A stretch of 64,000 nucleotides of DNA from an uncultured Verrucomicrobiae bacterium (GCA_963707025.1 CAVPOM010000004.1:160001-224000), one strand, 5' to 3'; positions 20,224 to 31,183 are shown, counted from the first letter of the stretch. Numbers and translations are program-made. Notes: generated by a model not told the origin, from the sequence alone.

Positions 20224-20823
20224 AAGTGAGTTTTAAGGGACACGCTGCCATATCCGCAACGGCAGCGCTACAGTTTGACGTGTTGAATGTTGGGTCCGTC
20301 CGTGAAGCGCAGCCCGCGGCCCGACTGGCTGGCCGCCGCCGAAAGGAAGGCCGCCAGCGCGAGTCCGCATGAGAAAACGTATCTGGCTCGTCCGTTCATA
20401 AACTTCAATCCACTTGCGTGCTGTGCTCCCGCAAAGCTTGTCTTCCCGGCCGTTGGCGAACAAGCAAATTTCCAATGGCCAAACCGTAAAAGGACTCAGC
20501 GTGGATTGGGATGGTTGCGTCCACCCATGAAAACTCTGGCGCGATTTGTTTTGCTGGCCGGATTGTCCTGCCGCTCCACCCCGCCCAGCCCGGCCCACCA
20601 GCCGTGCCGGGAAGTCACCGTGCCGACACGATGACGGATCATGCAACAGGCTGGTTGCCGGTCAAACCAGCCGGCATCGTGGCCGGCCTGCCGCCGGCGC
20701 ATCGGCCGCCGGCGAAATATAGTGTTGACAAACTCGCCAGGGCCTGCCCATGTCAAACCAAACGTTTTCATGGCCCTGCCGGACACAGGCCGGCCCCGAA
20801 GGCCGGACTTGCGCGGCGCTTTC

Positions 20824-21771
20824 TCATTGCGCGTTTGCCTGCAACGCCGGCAGTTCCTCCGGGGCAACCCGCCGCACACAGCGGAAGCCGCAGAAGTCGG
20901 TGCAGAAACAGGCGTCGGTGTCGCCCGTGCGCTGGCCCTGGCGAAAAGTGGCCCGGCACATGGCGGCGCTGGCGTTCCACGAACCTCCGCGCAGCACGCG
21001 CTTGACGTCCCGGCCCGGACTGGGCGGCCCGCGCGGATCCACCGCCGCGCTTTGCTGATAATAAGCCGGGCTGTAAACATCCTCGCACCACTCTGCGACG
21101 TTTCCATACATGTCATACAACCCCCAGCGGTTGGGCTTCTTCTGGCCCACGGGATGAGTCCTCTGCTCGGCGTTGTCCGCGAACCAGGCGTATTGGCGCA
21201 ATTTGTCCGGCGGCCCGAAATCGTAAGGCCCGTCGGTGCCCGCGCGACAGGCGTATTCCCACTCCGCTTCGGTGGGCAGGCGATAACCGCCGGCCGCGTA
21301 ATCGCATTCCCAGTCCAGGGTCTTTTCGTTGTAACACGCTTTCAGCCCTTCCAGCATGGAGCGTTCGTTGCAGTATTGCTTGGCGTCCCGCCAGCGCACC
21401 CGCTCCACCGGTTTGTTGGGATTGTCCTGCCAGTGCGATGGATTGGGCAATTGCGCCCGGGTGAACATCCGGTGAGTCACCGTGTATTTATCCATCATGA
21501 AACTGCTCAGCCGGACGTTGTGGACCGGGCCTTCGTCCGCATTGCCCTGGCTGGTCCCCATCATGAACTCGCCTCCGGGCAGCCAAACCATTTCCACGCC
21601 GGATTTGGTGACGACCGCCAAGGGTGCGGCCGGCAATGTGGCCGCGGCAGCGCCGGCCCGGTTGACGGACCCGGCCTGGCTCTGCTGCTCCGAGCCGGAC
21701 TTGCCGCAGGAACAAACCAGACTTAATCCCGCCAGCAGACTGATTAAAGAAAGACTTCTGATCACGCGCAC
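20824..21771 (-). CDS. FGE-sulfatase (SUMF1, C-type lectin fold) domain lipoprotein, copy 1
   Basis: Motifs FMMG, YRLPTEAEWEYACRAG, PNRWGLYDMYGNVAEWC, RGGSW and GFRC. Confidence 0.88.
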   Translation of the reverse strand: MRVIRSLSLISLLAGLSLVCSCGKSGSEQQSQAGSVNRAGAAAATLPAAPLAVVTKSGVEMVWLPGGEFMMGTSQGNADEGPVHNVRLSSFMMDKYTVTHRMFTRAQLPNPSHWQDNPNKPVERVRWRDAKQYCNERSMLEGLKACYNEKTLDWECDYAAGGYRLPTEAEWEYACRAGTDGPYDFGPPDKLRQYAWFADNAEQRTHPVGQKKPNRWGLYDMYGNVAEWCEDVYSPAYYQQSAAVDPRGPPSPGRDVKRVLRGGSWNASAAMCRATFRQGQRTGDTDACFCTDFCGFRCVRRVAPEELPALQANAQ

Positions 21772-21776
21772 TCCGG

Positions 21777-22839
21777 TTAATTCCTGCGTGGCCGGATCCA
21801 GGCCGACTCCTTGTTGCTCAATCCATTGGTGGTGAGCATGGTGAAATCGGCTTCGTTCCCCAGGTTGAGATCAATCGTCCTGGCCTCCCCGGCGGACACC
21901 GCCGCGATATTCCAGCCCGGCGCATAGACCCCCATGATCTCGCATGCCGCTTGGAACGTCCCCGGCTTGTTGGGATCCCCCTCGCCATCCGGCCCACGGC
22001 TGAAACTGAGAAACTGGCTGTCCGGCGACCATCTCACATGATAAATCTTGTTCGCGGCGTCCTTAATCCGAACGTGCCACTCGCCCACTTTGGGTTCATC
22101 GGCATCGGTGTCTATCGGCCCGACGGCAATCTCATTGTCGCCGGCGCCCCAGGCGAGCTGCTGGCCATCGGGGCTTGGACAAGGCCGGCAGCCGGGAATC
22201 TTCAAGTCAATAATTTTATTCCCGTGCGCCTCGATGAGCAGAATCGTGTGATCGTAACCCATGCCGGGCATGCACGGTGGAGACGATCCATTTGCCGTTG
22301 GCGCAGAAGCCGGGGTTATAGAGATGGAACAGATTGGTGTAGTTGGGATGCGGTGTCATCTTCCCCGTCGCCAGCTCGTAAAAATTCATCCCCTTGGTGT
22401 AATAATCTATCACATTGAACTTGAGATACTCCTGGTCCAGATACCCGATGACTTTGCTGTCTGGCGACCAGAACGGTTCCCGCGCGTAATCGGCGATCTT
22501 TTTCCGATTGTGGCCGTCCACATCCATGACATACAGGCTGCGGATGGCCTCGCGGCCCTCGCCCTGGTCCGCCACGAAGCAGATGCGCCTGCCGTCCGGC
22601 GAAACCTGCGGGTAATGCTCATTCAGGTCCGGCGTTTTGGTCAGATTCACCGGCTGCGACCCGTCCGCGTTCATGACAAAGATTTCCCAATTCCCATCCA
22701 CATAACTCTCGTAGGCGATCTTGAACGGCGACGCCTTCAAACGCTCGCGCAACGGCACGGGGTCAGCCGCGCCCGCCCGTTGAGTGAGCCACGCCAGCGC
22801 CGCCAGCAGGCTGGCCAGCCGAAATAATGTTGTTCTCAT
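21777..22839 (-). CDS. Exported TolB-like (PD40) beta-propeller protein; frameshift near 22270
   Basis: Signal peptide; NWEIFVMNADGS, SPDG and WSPDS repeats continue across two frames. Confidence 0.8.
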
Positions 22840-23016
22840 CGCAGCAACCCAAAGCCTAGCCCGCCCGCAGAATGGCGTCGAGCAAAACCCTCCGTGGTCA
22901 AGGTGGAAGGAACTCGCGTATTGGCTCCTCCGACGCCAAAGCCAGGGAGGACAGGGCGAATTGGCGCGAATCCTGAGTGAAATGGTTGGGTATTGGGATG
23001 GTGGAGTGATGGCCGT

Positions 23017-23355
23017 GGTCAAGGTTGAAGAAATGGTTTGACTGAGTTTGACCGGGTTTGACCGGAAAAGCTGATTCTTTGGCGCAAATACTTCGTGGAA
23101 AGGCACTTGAGTTGATTTGCCGTGAAAAGGCTCATCCGCCGTCGCTGAAGCTTTGGCGGACAAGAAAGGCGCAGAAAAAGACGCAGTTGCAGCGCAGGGA
23201 TCATAAAGTACAGTGATTTGGTTAGGTATTGGGATGCGCTTGGTGTGGTGGAGTGATGGAGTCTTGGGCATGGTCAAGGTTGAAAAAATGGTTTGACCTG
23301 GTTTGACCGGGCGGGAAGGCAAATGCAGAATGCAAAATGCAAAATGCAAAATGGG
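23017..23355. repeat. Intergenic imperfect direct repeat plus 7-bp tandem repeats
   Basis: TGGTCAAGGTTGAA(G/A)AAATGGTTTGAC...GTTTGACCGG at about 23017 and 23271; (AAATGCA)n at about 23321-23352. Confidence 0.7.
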
Positions 23356-23975
23356 AAGCAGGGCGGGAGCGATGAAGTTCTCATGGGTGCGACAAATTGG
23401 GGCAGCACGGTTGCTTTGAAGACAGGATGAACGGGAGGCACAGGATTTTGAGTGTTGAAACCTGCGCGGTCCCGGCAGGGCCGGGATTGGACATGGAACC
23501 CCTGACGCTTTGGAGTGTGCCGACGGGTCGGCACCGCTTTGCTCTCCGGGAATCGTTCCCCATGCAACAGCGGGACCGCGCTTCCCGCACTCCATATTCG
23601 CCGCCCTCATAACTCAGGAAATAATAGCATTTAAGTACGGGTTGTCAAAGGAAAAAGGAGGATTATTGCAAGGGCCTCATCATTAGACACTTATGTGGGA
23701 AAAGTATAAAGGATAAATGCAGAATGAGGAAAGGGGTTTCAACCGGAGGCCACCCAGGCAACGGAGATGGAAAGGCAGAGTGCAAAACTCCTCCTCCTCC
23801 GCCATCCCCGCCTGCGCGATTCAGCCCCGGGCCAATCACCGCAAAAATGCCGTGATGCGGGACCGGTTTATCTCGCTCACATCAAGGACAAATCTAAAAA
23901 GACGGCAACCGCCACGGGTTGGCTCGTGCGACATCAGCGGCATCCTCAAAATGTCATTTTTCCAGTCAGACACCT

Positions 23976-25004
23976 TCAGTGATGGGTCCCTTTCTTCTGC
24001 AACTTTGAAATGGGAACGTGACCACCGGGCCGACCAAATGGAGTCGCGGGTTCGGCGAGGATCAGGGCCATTTGCTCGCCGGATTCATCCGGTTGGACAA
24101 TTCCATGTAGTTCGACTTCCATCTGCTGACCATTGAATTGACGGTAGAGGCTGGCGAGACGGGGAATTGCCTTCTGGGCGAGGTGGAAATAAGCGCGGTC
24201 AATTTCCAGCCCAATGGAGGTGTAGCCAATGGCTTCGGCGGCGGCGATGGTGGCACCTGATCCCATGAAGGGGTCGAGAATTGAACCCTCACCCAACGGC
24301 AGGAGGGCGCGCACGATGATGCGCATGAAATGCTGGGGCTTGAGACAGGGATGGTCGGAAATGGCTTCTTCGCGCTTGGGCGTCCGGCCGCTGGGAATGG
24401 CGTCGGGCAGAGGCTTGTCCGTGGAGAGGCGGCGCAACGCGCCGGTTTTCCAGCGACGCAAGTTTTCGGCGACGGTATTGGTTTCGATGGGCTTGCGAAA
24501 GAGCATCCACGGTTCATACGCGCCTTTGGGGCTGACGCAGACTTCCGGGAATTCCGCTTCCGCGTTCTTGGGCCGGTCGCCGCCGCGAAAACTGTAGTAG
24601 AGGCGCATGATGGCCGGCCGCACTTCGAAGCCCGCCTCGGCCATTGCGCCCTGCACATGGTGTTGCAGAATCGGATGGCCCGCCACGCAAACATGCGCTC
24701 CGGGAACCAAGGCCGGCAGGAGCAGGTTGCCCCAGTCGCGAAAGTAATCCCGCAGGTTTTGTTTCTGGTCATCGGTGAGGATGGTAAAGCGCGGCAAGGG
24801 ATCGCGGTGGCTGCCGCCCATTTTCGGAGGCAGCCGCCAGACACCCCCTCGTCCGGCCCGCATCTTGGCCACCTCTTTTTCGGTGAACTCCAAAATGCCG
24901 TAGGGCGGGTCTGTGCAAACGGCGTGGAGCGAGTGGGCGGGACACTGCCGCAGCCAGGCAAAGCAATCAGTTTGTTCAATCCGAAACACGGTGCTTAATT
25001 TCAA
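23976..25004 (-). CDS. Site-specific DNA methyltransferase (N4C/N6A, beta-class motif order)
   Basis: N-terminal TDPPY (motif IV), HPCLKP, and C-terminal LDPFMGSG (motif I). Start codon uncertain. Confidence 0.92.
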   Translation of the reverse strand: MKLSTVFRIEQTDCFAWLRQCPAHSLHAVCTDPPYGILEFTEKEVAKMRAGRGGVWRLPPKMGGSHRDPLPRFTILTDDQKQNLRDYFRDWGNLLLPALVPGAHVCVAGHPILQHHVQGAMAEAGFEVRPAIMRLYYSFRGGDRPKNAEAEFPEVCVSPKGAYEPWMLFRKPIETNTVAENLRRWKTGALRRLSTDKPLPDAIPSGRTPKREEAISDHPCLKPQHFMRIIVRALLPLGEGSILDPFMGSGATIAAAEAIGYTSIGLEIDRAYFHLAQKAIPRLASLYRQFNGQQMEVELHGIVQPDESGEQMALILAEPATPFGRPGGHVPISKLQKKGTHH

Positions 25005-25055
25005 CTATAGGTGAAAGACAAGCAAGCGAAAAATGTGTATCAACTAAAGGCGAAA
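25001..25055. promoter_or_regulatory. Two 16-bp direct repeats in the divergent MTase/REase control region (putative operators)
   Basis: TCAACTATAGGTGAAA (25001-25016) and TCAACTAAAGGCGAAA (25040-25055), 14/16 identical. Confidence 0.55.
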
Positions 25056-25942
25056 TGGACGCCAAAACGATTCTGGGCCGATTCATCCGCAAATTGCGCG
25101 AACAGGCCAGCCTGACGCAGGAGCAGTTGGCCCAGAAAGCCGGGATCACATACCAGTATCTTTCCGGCTTGGAAAACGGGCGGGAGAACTTTTCCATAGA
25201 CATTCTGGATGCTTTGGGAACGGCGTTGGAGTGCCCTTTGCCGCACTTGATTTCCGGGGCCTTCGCCGAGGAGAGCCTGGCTCCAATTCCCACGGTCAAT
25301 AAAGATTACTTCCGAAGGCGGGTCCCGTTGCCGCCGAAGCTCAATCTCTCGCACATCGAAAGGTCCATGAACGCGGCTCAACGAGTATTGGCGGTGATCA
25401 ACAGCAATTTGGTTTCGACGGGGGCGAAGCCGTTGTACGACTACATTCAGGGGAATAACTTCAGCGGGCTGGTCTCGAATATTCTGTGCGACGCGCTGAA
25501 TGACCACTCGCCTTACAAACACAATTCTCATCAGGCTTACCCCGATTTGATCAATCCCGAAGTGGAGGAAGCTGGCAAACCCATCGGCCTGGAGGTCAAA
25601 ACGACGATTCAAATCGGCAAAGGCGGCGAAAGCCACAACGGGCATTCGGGCTGGCATTTGGTGGCCTGTTACCGGATTGACCGCGAGACATGGAACATCA
25701 AATTCGTCCATGTCATGCTGGCCGTTTTGAATGGACACGCGCAGCCGCAGCCGGATTGGACTTATGTCGGCAGCAAGGTCAACGCGAAGACCGGCAGCAG
25801 GCGGACGGAGACCTACAACACAAATCTGGTTGGGACGACGAAACTGCGCGATGGCTCTGTGTTTCTTGACGCGACGATGGTCAATTTCAAGCGATGGCGG
25901 GCGAAACGCCTGGGGGAGAAACCGCCCTACGCGCTTTGTTAA
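25055..25942 (+). CDS. XRE-HTH (controller-like) domain fused to a PD-(D/E)xK restriction endonuclease-like domain
   Basis: IRKLREQASLTQEQLAQKAGITYQYLSGLENG (HTH); YPDL...GLEVKT (nuclease motif); divergent from the MTase. Confidence 0.78.
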   Translation: MDAKTILGRFIRKLREQASLTQEQLAQKAGITYQYLSGLENGRENFSIDILDALGTALECPLPHLISGAFAEESLAPIPTVNKDYFRRRVPLPPKLNLSHIERSMNAAQRVLAVINSNLVSTGAKPLYDYIQGNNFSGLVSNILCDALNDHSPYKHNSHQAYPDLINPEVEEAGKPIGLEVKTTIQIGKGGESHNGHSGWHLVACYRIDRETWNIKFVHVMLAVLNGHAQPQPDWTYVGSKVNAKTGSRRTETYNTNLVGTTKLRDGSVFLDATMVNFKRWRAKRLGEKPPYALC

Positions 25943-26137
25943 CGATCCTTTCAACTCTGTTTAAAAGAACTCTGCCCTTTTGTTTCGTCCCATAAGCCTG
26001 TTTGCCTGAACATTTCCAACCGCCTGGAACGTCTTTGCCGACCAAGACGAGTGGTATTCCACATCATGTTCTAACATGATCTCCCCAAACGGCGGTCAAA
26101 GTGGCGATTGCGGCGGATGCAAAGAAAGGAAGAAAAC

Positions 26138-26365
26138 ATGATGCCAAGTAATGTGGAATTAAATGATTTGGAATCAACCAATGGCGTGTGTGACCATTGC
26201 GCCAAGCCGATTGAAAATTGTGCGTGCGAGGTGCATTGTGGATATTGTGAAGATTTGATGCCGCGAAAGCATGAACACGTTCCAGATAAAGATTACTGCC
26301 AAAACTGCGGCCAGCCTGCCCACGAGGGCGATTGCGAGGATTTTCCAGCCGACCATTTCGATTAA
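26138..26365 (+). CDS. Small Cys/His-rich acidic protein (putative zinc finger)
   Basis: AAAGGA RBS upstream; CDHC, CAC, HCGYC, CQNC and H..GDC. Confidence 0.6.
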   Translation: MMPSNVELNDLESTNGVCDHCAKPIENCACEVHCGYCEDLMPRKHEHVPDKDYCQNCGQPAHEGDCEDFPADHFD

Positions 26366-26410
26366 ATAGTTTCAAATTAGGGGACTACCTCCAATGTCCA
26401 AGTTGTCCGC

Positions 26411-26476
26411 TATCTTCCGCCGCGCCAGTGGCCCGGCGGGACGGGTCCCGATGGCATCGGGATTCCACCCATGCGG
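26411..26476 (-). repeat. 66-bp double-hairpin element, copy 1
   Basis: Reverse complement matches 43403-43468 at 62/66. Confidence 0.9.
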
Positions 26477-26491
26477 CAGGTAATGTGCGGG

Positions 26492-28960
26492 CTAAGGGGT
26501 GAGGTCAATGGCGTTGGCGCCGCTCTTGAGCTGCACTTCTTTGGCGCGCCATACGAAGACGCCGGTGATGTTCGGCGGCAGTTGCACGCTGCCACGACAG
26601 CGGCCGGCCTCAAAGGCGAGGTCCAGCGCAATGAAGCCGTCCGGATGCGGCGTGCGGCTGACGATCTTGGGCAGGTTGCCCGGCTGGGGCGCGATGCGCA
26701 CGGTGCGGAACCCCGGCGAATCAGGGCGCACGCCCGCGATGCTGGCATGGAGATGGAACAGGGGATGACTGCCCCAGGCATGGCAATCCGAACGCGTATC
26801 GCCCGGCATTTCGACCGGGGTTTTGAGTCCCTGCTTGACCAAATCCTTCCAGAAACCCATCCGTTCGACGATGAGATCGCCGCGTCCGAATTTTTGGAAC
26901 GTCTCCAGCAGGTAGAAACTGAAGTAAATGGTGGCGCGCTTCAGGCCGGGCGCAGTCAACAATTGCTCGAAGCAGCGCCGGGCCTGGTCGCCGGTCAGCG
27001 TATCGGAGAGCAGCGCCAGGCATTGGGCGTGCTCGCTGAATTCGGTATGCGCCAGGTTGTCGGCCATGAGGCCGCGGGATTCGTCCCAGAATTTGGCGCG
27101 CACGGCCGCGGCGGTGCGGGCCGCCTGCGCGCGCAGGCGTTGCGCCAGGAGCGGTTCGGCCAGGAAATCCTCGACCCCGGCGGATTGTTGCAGGGCATAA
27201 ACGTAGAGGAGGTTGTTGAGGGAAGAAATGCCGTTGACGCCATCGGGCGCGTCGCCGTTGCGCCACCCCGGCACCCAATCCATGAAGGGCCAGCCCGGCA
27301 AATTTTCCAGCAGGCCGTCGCCATTCATGTAAGGTTGAAAATGCTCGAGCATGGAGCGCAAGCCGATGGCGCGCGCCTTGACGAAGGCGGGGTCGTTGTG
27401 CCAGAAGGCATAGTCGTGGAGCATCAAGGCCCATATTAGGGAAAAGGTCGGCGAGTCTTGCGGCAGAAAGGCGGGATAGCGTTCGTTGACAAACCCCCAA
27501 TTGCGGCGCGAGAAATCAAACAGCTCGATGGCGCGCTTGACCAGTCGGTCATCGCGCGTCATCACCCCGGTGGTGAGCAGTTCCAGGCGGGTGTCGCCGT
27601 CGTACTGAAGTTGTTCGTAGTACGGGCAGTCCATGTAGGTTTCGTGGGCGCACATCTGAATGCCGCGCACGGCCAGGGCCATGACGCCCGCCAGTTCGGC
27701 ATCCCCGCCGTCGAAACTGCCCTCGTTTTCGTAGGGGTAGCGGTTCTCGTTCAGCGCCAGGCGGTGAATGGTCAGCGGTTCCGCCGCGGTTTTAATGGAG
27801 AGCAGGCACCAGCGGCAGGCGCGCCACCAAAGGGTGGTGAATTTCTTGTGCGTCCCGCCGCCCGGCAGGAAAGTGTCCGTCATGCCGCGGAAGGTTTTGC
27901 CGATGAATTCGCCGCGCTGGCCTTTGGCGTTGGACCTGGGCAGGTAGAGCGACTCGGCCCAACTCCACGCCAGTTTGGCGCCCGTGCCGCCGCTGACTTC
28001 GCAGAGCGGATAGGCGCAATAATAGTTGTCGAGGTCCCAGAGGAGGAACAGCTCGGTATTGGCCGGGACGACGACCGGCTCTCCGCCCCCGAGGAGCGCC
28101 TGCCACTTGGGCAAATCGGGATGCTGCGCCTGTTCCGCGCGCACGGGGTCATTCGCGCCCAGCGCGCCGCTGCCCAGCGCGACGGCGCGGCCGGCGGTGA
28201 TCTCGCGGTCCAACTGATCGGGCAGGGTGGTGGGAAACAATTTCCAGCCGGCCGCGCTTTCGCCGGTGGCGTTGCCGCGGATTGCGGAACGGACCACCTG
28301 GGCCTTGACGTAGTTGCCTTCCTTCCATTGCGGCCCGCAATCGTGCGCGGTCAATTGTGCGCCGACAAAGAAAACACCCGGAGCGAATTCGCAACCCTCC
28401 AGCCTGGCGACTTCCCACGCCGCCCTGCCGGTGGTGAGTTGCCGGTCATAATCACCCTCGGCCTTGAGGACAAAACCGCCGCGCCAGGACAACTGCGCGA
28501 CGGGCGCGTAGGGGCCGATGCTCCAGGCCAGCGCTTCGAGGCGGTGCTGGCCCGGCGCAAGCTGCAACTCGTAGGTCGCGTAGGACCAGTGCTCGACATC
28601 GGACCGGTCGGGGCCGCGCGCGATGCGGGCGCCGTCCAGAAACAACTCAAAACGTTCGTCGGCGCTGACGTGAATGCGCAGGGGCGCGGCGCCGGCTTCA
28701 AACTCCTTGCGAAAGCGCAACAAAACCGGCTCGCGCCATCCGCCGGAAAAAACGTCGCCATGCGACGGCGCCACCGCGTTGCCGAAGTCCGGATGCCAAA
28801 TCCACGCGGCCTCGTCAATGGGCTGGAGCGGGACAATCCCGGTGTTGCCAAGCTGCAGGCGCGGCGGCAGAAAAATTTTGCGGACGACGGGCGGATTATT
28901 TTCCGCCGCAACAGCGGAAAGCGCCAGCGCGGCGGCAAACAGGCTTGGCAGGAATTTCAT
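26492..28960 (-). CDS. GH78 alpha-L-rhamnosidase
   Basis: Signal peptide MKFLPSLFAAALAL; HVSADERFEL, CAHETYMDCPYYEQLQYDGD and RSDCHAWGSHP. Confidence 0.9.
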   Translation of the reverse strand: MKFLPSLFAAALALSAVAAENNPPVVRKIFLPPRLQLGNTGIVPLQPIDEAAWIWHPDFGNAVAPSHGDVFSGGWREPVLLRFRKEFEAGAAPLRIHVSADERFELFLDGARIARGPDRSDVEHWSYATYELQLAPGQHRLEALAWSIGPYAPVAQLSWRGGFVLKAEGDYDRQLTTGRAAWEVARLEGCEFAPGVFFVGAQLTAHDCGPQWKEGNYVKAQVVRSAIRGNATGESAAGWKLFPTTLPDQLDREITAGRAVALGSGALGANDPVRAEQAQHPDLPKWQALLGGGEPVVVPANTELFLLWDLDNYYCAYPLCEVSGGTGAKLAWSWAESLYLPRSNAKGQRGEFIGKTFRGMTDTFLPGGGTHKKFTTLWWRACRWCLLSIKTAAEPLTIHRLALNENRYPYENEGSFDGGDAELAGVMALAVRGIQMCAHETYMDCPYYEQLQYDGDTRLELLTTGVMTRDDRLVKRAIELFDFSRRNWGFVNERYPAFLPQDSPTFSLIWALMLHDYAFWHNDPAFVKARAIGLRSMLEHFQPYMNGDGLLENLPGWPFMDWVPGWRNGDAPDGVNGISSLNNLLYVYALQQSAGVEDFLAEPLLAQRLRAQAARTAAAVRAKFWDESRGLMADNLAHTEFSEHAQCLALLSDTLTGDQARRCFEQLLTAPGLKRATIYFSFYLLETFQKFGRGDLIVERMGFWKDLVKQGLKTPVEMPGDTRSDCHAWGSHPLFHLHASIAGVRPDSPGFRTVRIAPQPGNLPKIVSRTPHPDGFIALDLAFEAGRCRGSVQLPPNITGVFVWRAKEVQLKSGANAIDLTP

Positions 28961-29329
28961 ATACTCTTTCGATATTGTCACTCTTCCGGTTTCTCGGATG
29001 AACTGGCCGGAAAGATGAGCGATGCCCATGCGGCAGGCGAGTTAAAAAAGGGGCAGGTCAGCCAAATTCTGGATCGCGTTTGCGCTCCAACAGGCTGATG
29101 CCTCGGTCATTGGTGGGTCGGGAAAGGCAGGGCGGGCACTCTGCCCTTTGCGCCATAGCCTTGGCGAAGGCGCCCGCCCGCCGTCGGGCATTGGCAGAGG
29201 AAGCAACGCAACACAACCGTCCCGCCGCCGGCAGGGCACTGCCGGACCTGCCTCGCATGACGGACGCATTTTCAAACAGGTTTTTTATTTTGCCTTTCGC
29301 GGTCTTCGTTCGGGTACTCTCGTCATCCC

Positions 29330-31183
29330 ATGAACACCAAAATGCCACGCCGCGAGTTTTTGAAAGCCGCCCCCGTCGCCGCCTACGCGCTCTCCCAAGC
29401 CGTCCGGGCCGACGCCCCGCTCCCGGGCACGGCCGGGGCCGCCCTGAAGCTGGAGCCGTTCAATTACCGGGGAGTCACCCTGCGCGCCAGCCCGTGGCAG
29501 AAGCAGTATCAATCGGCCCGCGATTTTTATCTGGGCGTGGCCAACGACGACATCCTGCACGGCTACCGCGCCGCCGCCGGACTGCCCGCGCCGGGCAAGA
29601 CCCTGGGCGGCTGGTGCGAGACCAACAGCAACACCGTCTTCGGCCAGTGGCTCAGCGGGCTGTCGCGCATGGCTTGCGCCGGCGACGACCAGGCCCTGCG
29701 CGAGAAAGTCGCCTATCTCTTCACCGAATGGTCCAAGACGGTCAAGCCCGACGGCAATTGCGCCATTTTCACACGGACTGGCCTGGGCCATTACCCCTAC
29801 GAGAAATTGATTTGCGGCCTGGTGGACATGCAGTTGTACGGCGGCTACACCGGGACCGGCGCGATGATGGAAAAAGTCACCGACTATGCCATCAAGAATC
29901 TTCGGCGCGACCGCATTCCGGCCGCCCCGCGGCCCTGGCCGCTGCATTCCGGCACGCCCGGAGAATGGTACACGGTGGGAGAAAACCTTTATCGCGCCTG
30001 GCAATTGACGGGCAACTCCAAATACAAGGATTTTGCCGAAGTCTGGCACTACACGCCTTACTGGAACAAATTCGCCGACACGGCCGCGCCCGGCGACGCC
30101 TGGGGCGTTCACGCCTACAGCCACCTCAACTCCTTCAGCAGCGCGGCCATGGCCTATGCGGTCAGCGGCGACGCCTCTTACCTGCGCATCCTGAAAAACG
30201 CCTACGACTTTTTGCAAAACACCCAGTGTTACGCCACGGGCGGCATCGGCCCGGCCGAGCGCATCATGCCCGGCAACGGCAACCTGGGCAAAGCGCTGGA
30301 TTACCATCAGAACACCTGTGAAACACCGTGCTGCTCGTGGGCCTCGTTTAAAATGGCGCGCTACCTCACCCAGTTCACCGGCGAGGCCCGCTACGGCGAC
30401 TGGGTGGAACGGCTGCTCTATAACGGCGTCGGCGGCATCCTGCCGATCAAAGACAACGGCCGCCATTTTTATTACGCCGACTATCGCGTCTCGGGCGGGG
30501 TCAAGGTGTATGCGCGCGGCACTTACACCTGTTGCTCGGGCACTTATTGCCAGGCGGTGGCCGATTACCCCAACCAGATTTATTACAAGGACGACTCCAG
30601 CCTTTGCATCAGCCTCTATCTCCCCTCCGAAGTGACCTGGGACCGCCCCGGCGGCGCCGTCAAAGTCGTGCAGGAAACCCGCTATCCGCGCGAGGAAACC
30701 AGCGCCTTCACTGTGGACACCAAACCCGGCGCCGTCTTCGCCCTCAAATTCCGCGTGCCGGGGTGGTCGGAAAATATGTCTGTAAAAATCAACGGCGCGG
30801 CGGCGGCGGTGGATTGCCGGGCGGGAACCTGGGCGGTGGTGCAGCGAAGCTGGAATCCGGGCGACCAGGTGGAGGTGAGGATTCCCTTGCGCCTGCGCTT
30901 CCAGCCGGTGGACCGATGGCATCCGCAGCGGGTCGCGGTGGTGCGCGGGCCGGTGGTGATGGTGCAGGAGGGCAACGCCCACGAGCCGGTCTTCAAACTG
31001 CCGGACACCGATGAAGATCTGAACAAATGGCTGGTGGCGGATGACACCGCCGGCTGGTTCAGGATGGCCCCGCCCGACGGCCAGAACGTCATTGCCAAGT
31101 TCCTGCCCTTTCACGAGGCGATTGAGTCACTGGCCTATCGCATGTATTTCGACAATGACAAACTTCCCTTTATTTTATGGTAG
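29330..31183 (+). CDS. GH127/GH146-like beta-L-arabinofuranosidase, Tat-exported
   Basis: Motifs PRREFLK, HAYSH, YATGG, CETPC, ERLLYNG and TCCSGT. Confidence 0.88.
   Translation: MNTKMPRREFLKAAPVAAYALSQAVRADAPLPGTAGAALKLEPFNYRGVTLRASPWQKQYQSARDFYLGVANDDILHGYRAAAGLPAPGKTLGGWCETNSNTVFGQWLSGLSRMACAGDDQALREKVAYLFTEWSKTVKPDGNCAIFTRTGLGHYPYEKLICGLVDMQLYGGYTGTGAMMEKVTDYAIKNLRRDRIPAAPRPWPLHSGTPGEWYTVGENLYRAWQLTGNSKYKDFAEVWHYTPYWNKFADTAAPGDAWGVHAYSHLNSFSSAAMAYAVSGDASYLRILKNAYDFLQNTQCYATGGIGPAERIMPGNGNLGKALDYHQNTCETPCCSWASFKMARYLTQFTGEARYGDWVERLLYNGVGGILPIKDNGRHFYYADYRVSGGVKVYARGTYTCCSGTYCQAVADYPNQIYYKDDSSLCISLYLPSEVTWDRPGGAVKVVQETRYPREETSAFTVDTKPGAVFALKFRVPGWSENMSVKINGAAAAVDCRAGTWAVVQRSWNPGDQVEVRIPLRLRFQPVDRWHPQRVAVVRGPVVMVQEGNAHEPVFKLPDTDEDLNKWLVADDTAGWFRMAPPDGQNVIAKFLPFHEAIESLAYRMYFDNDKLPFILW

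Noticed and set aside
18481..20229. Long antisense ORFs (e.g. 18481-20229, 572-2050, 29285-31114, 39507-41480, 53532-55838)
   Set aside because: They are shadows of well-supported opposite-strand genes in GC-rich DNA and carry no motifs.
20240..20820. Small genes or riboswitch between GH29 and FGE1
   Set aside because: Only overlapping GC-rich spurious ORFs; no consensus recognised.
26411..26476. tRNA or tRNA 3' end (att site) in the 66-bp element
   Set aside because: GGGTGGAATCCC only loosely resembles a T-arm (no TTCGA) and no cloverleaf can be built.
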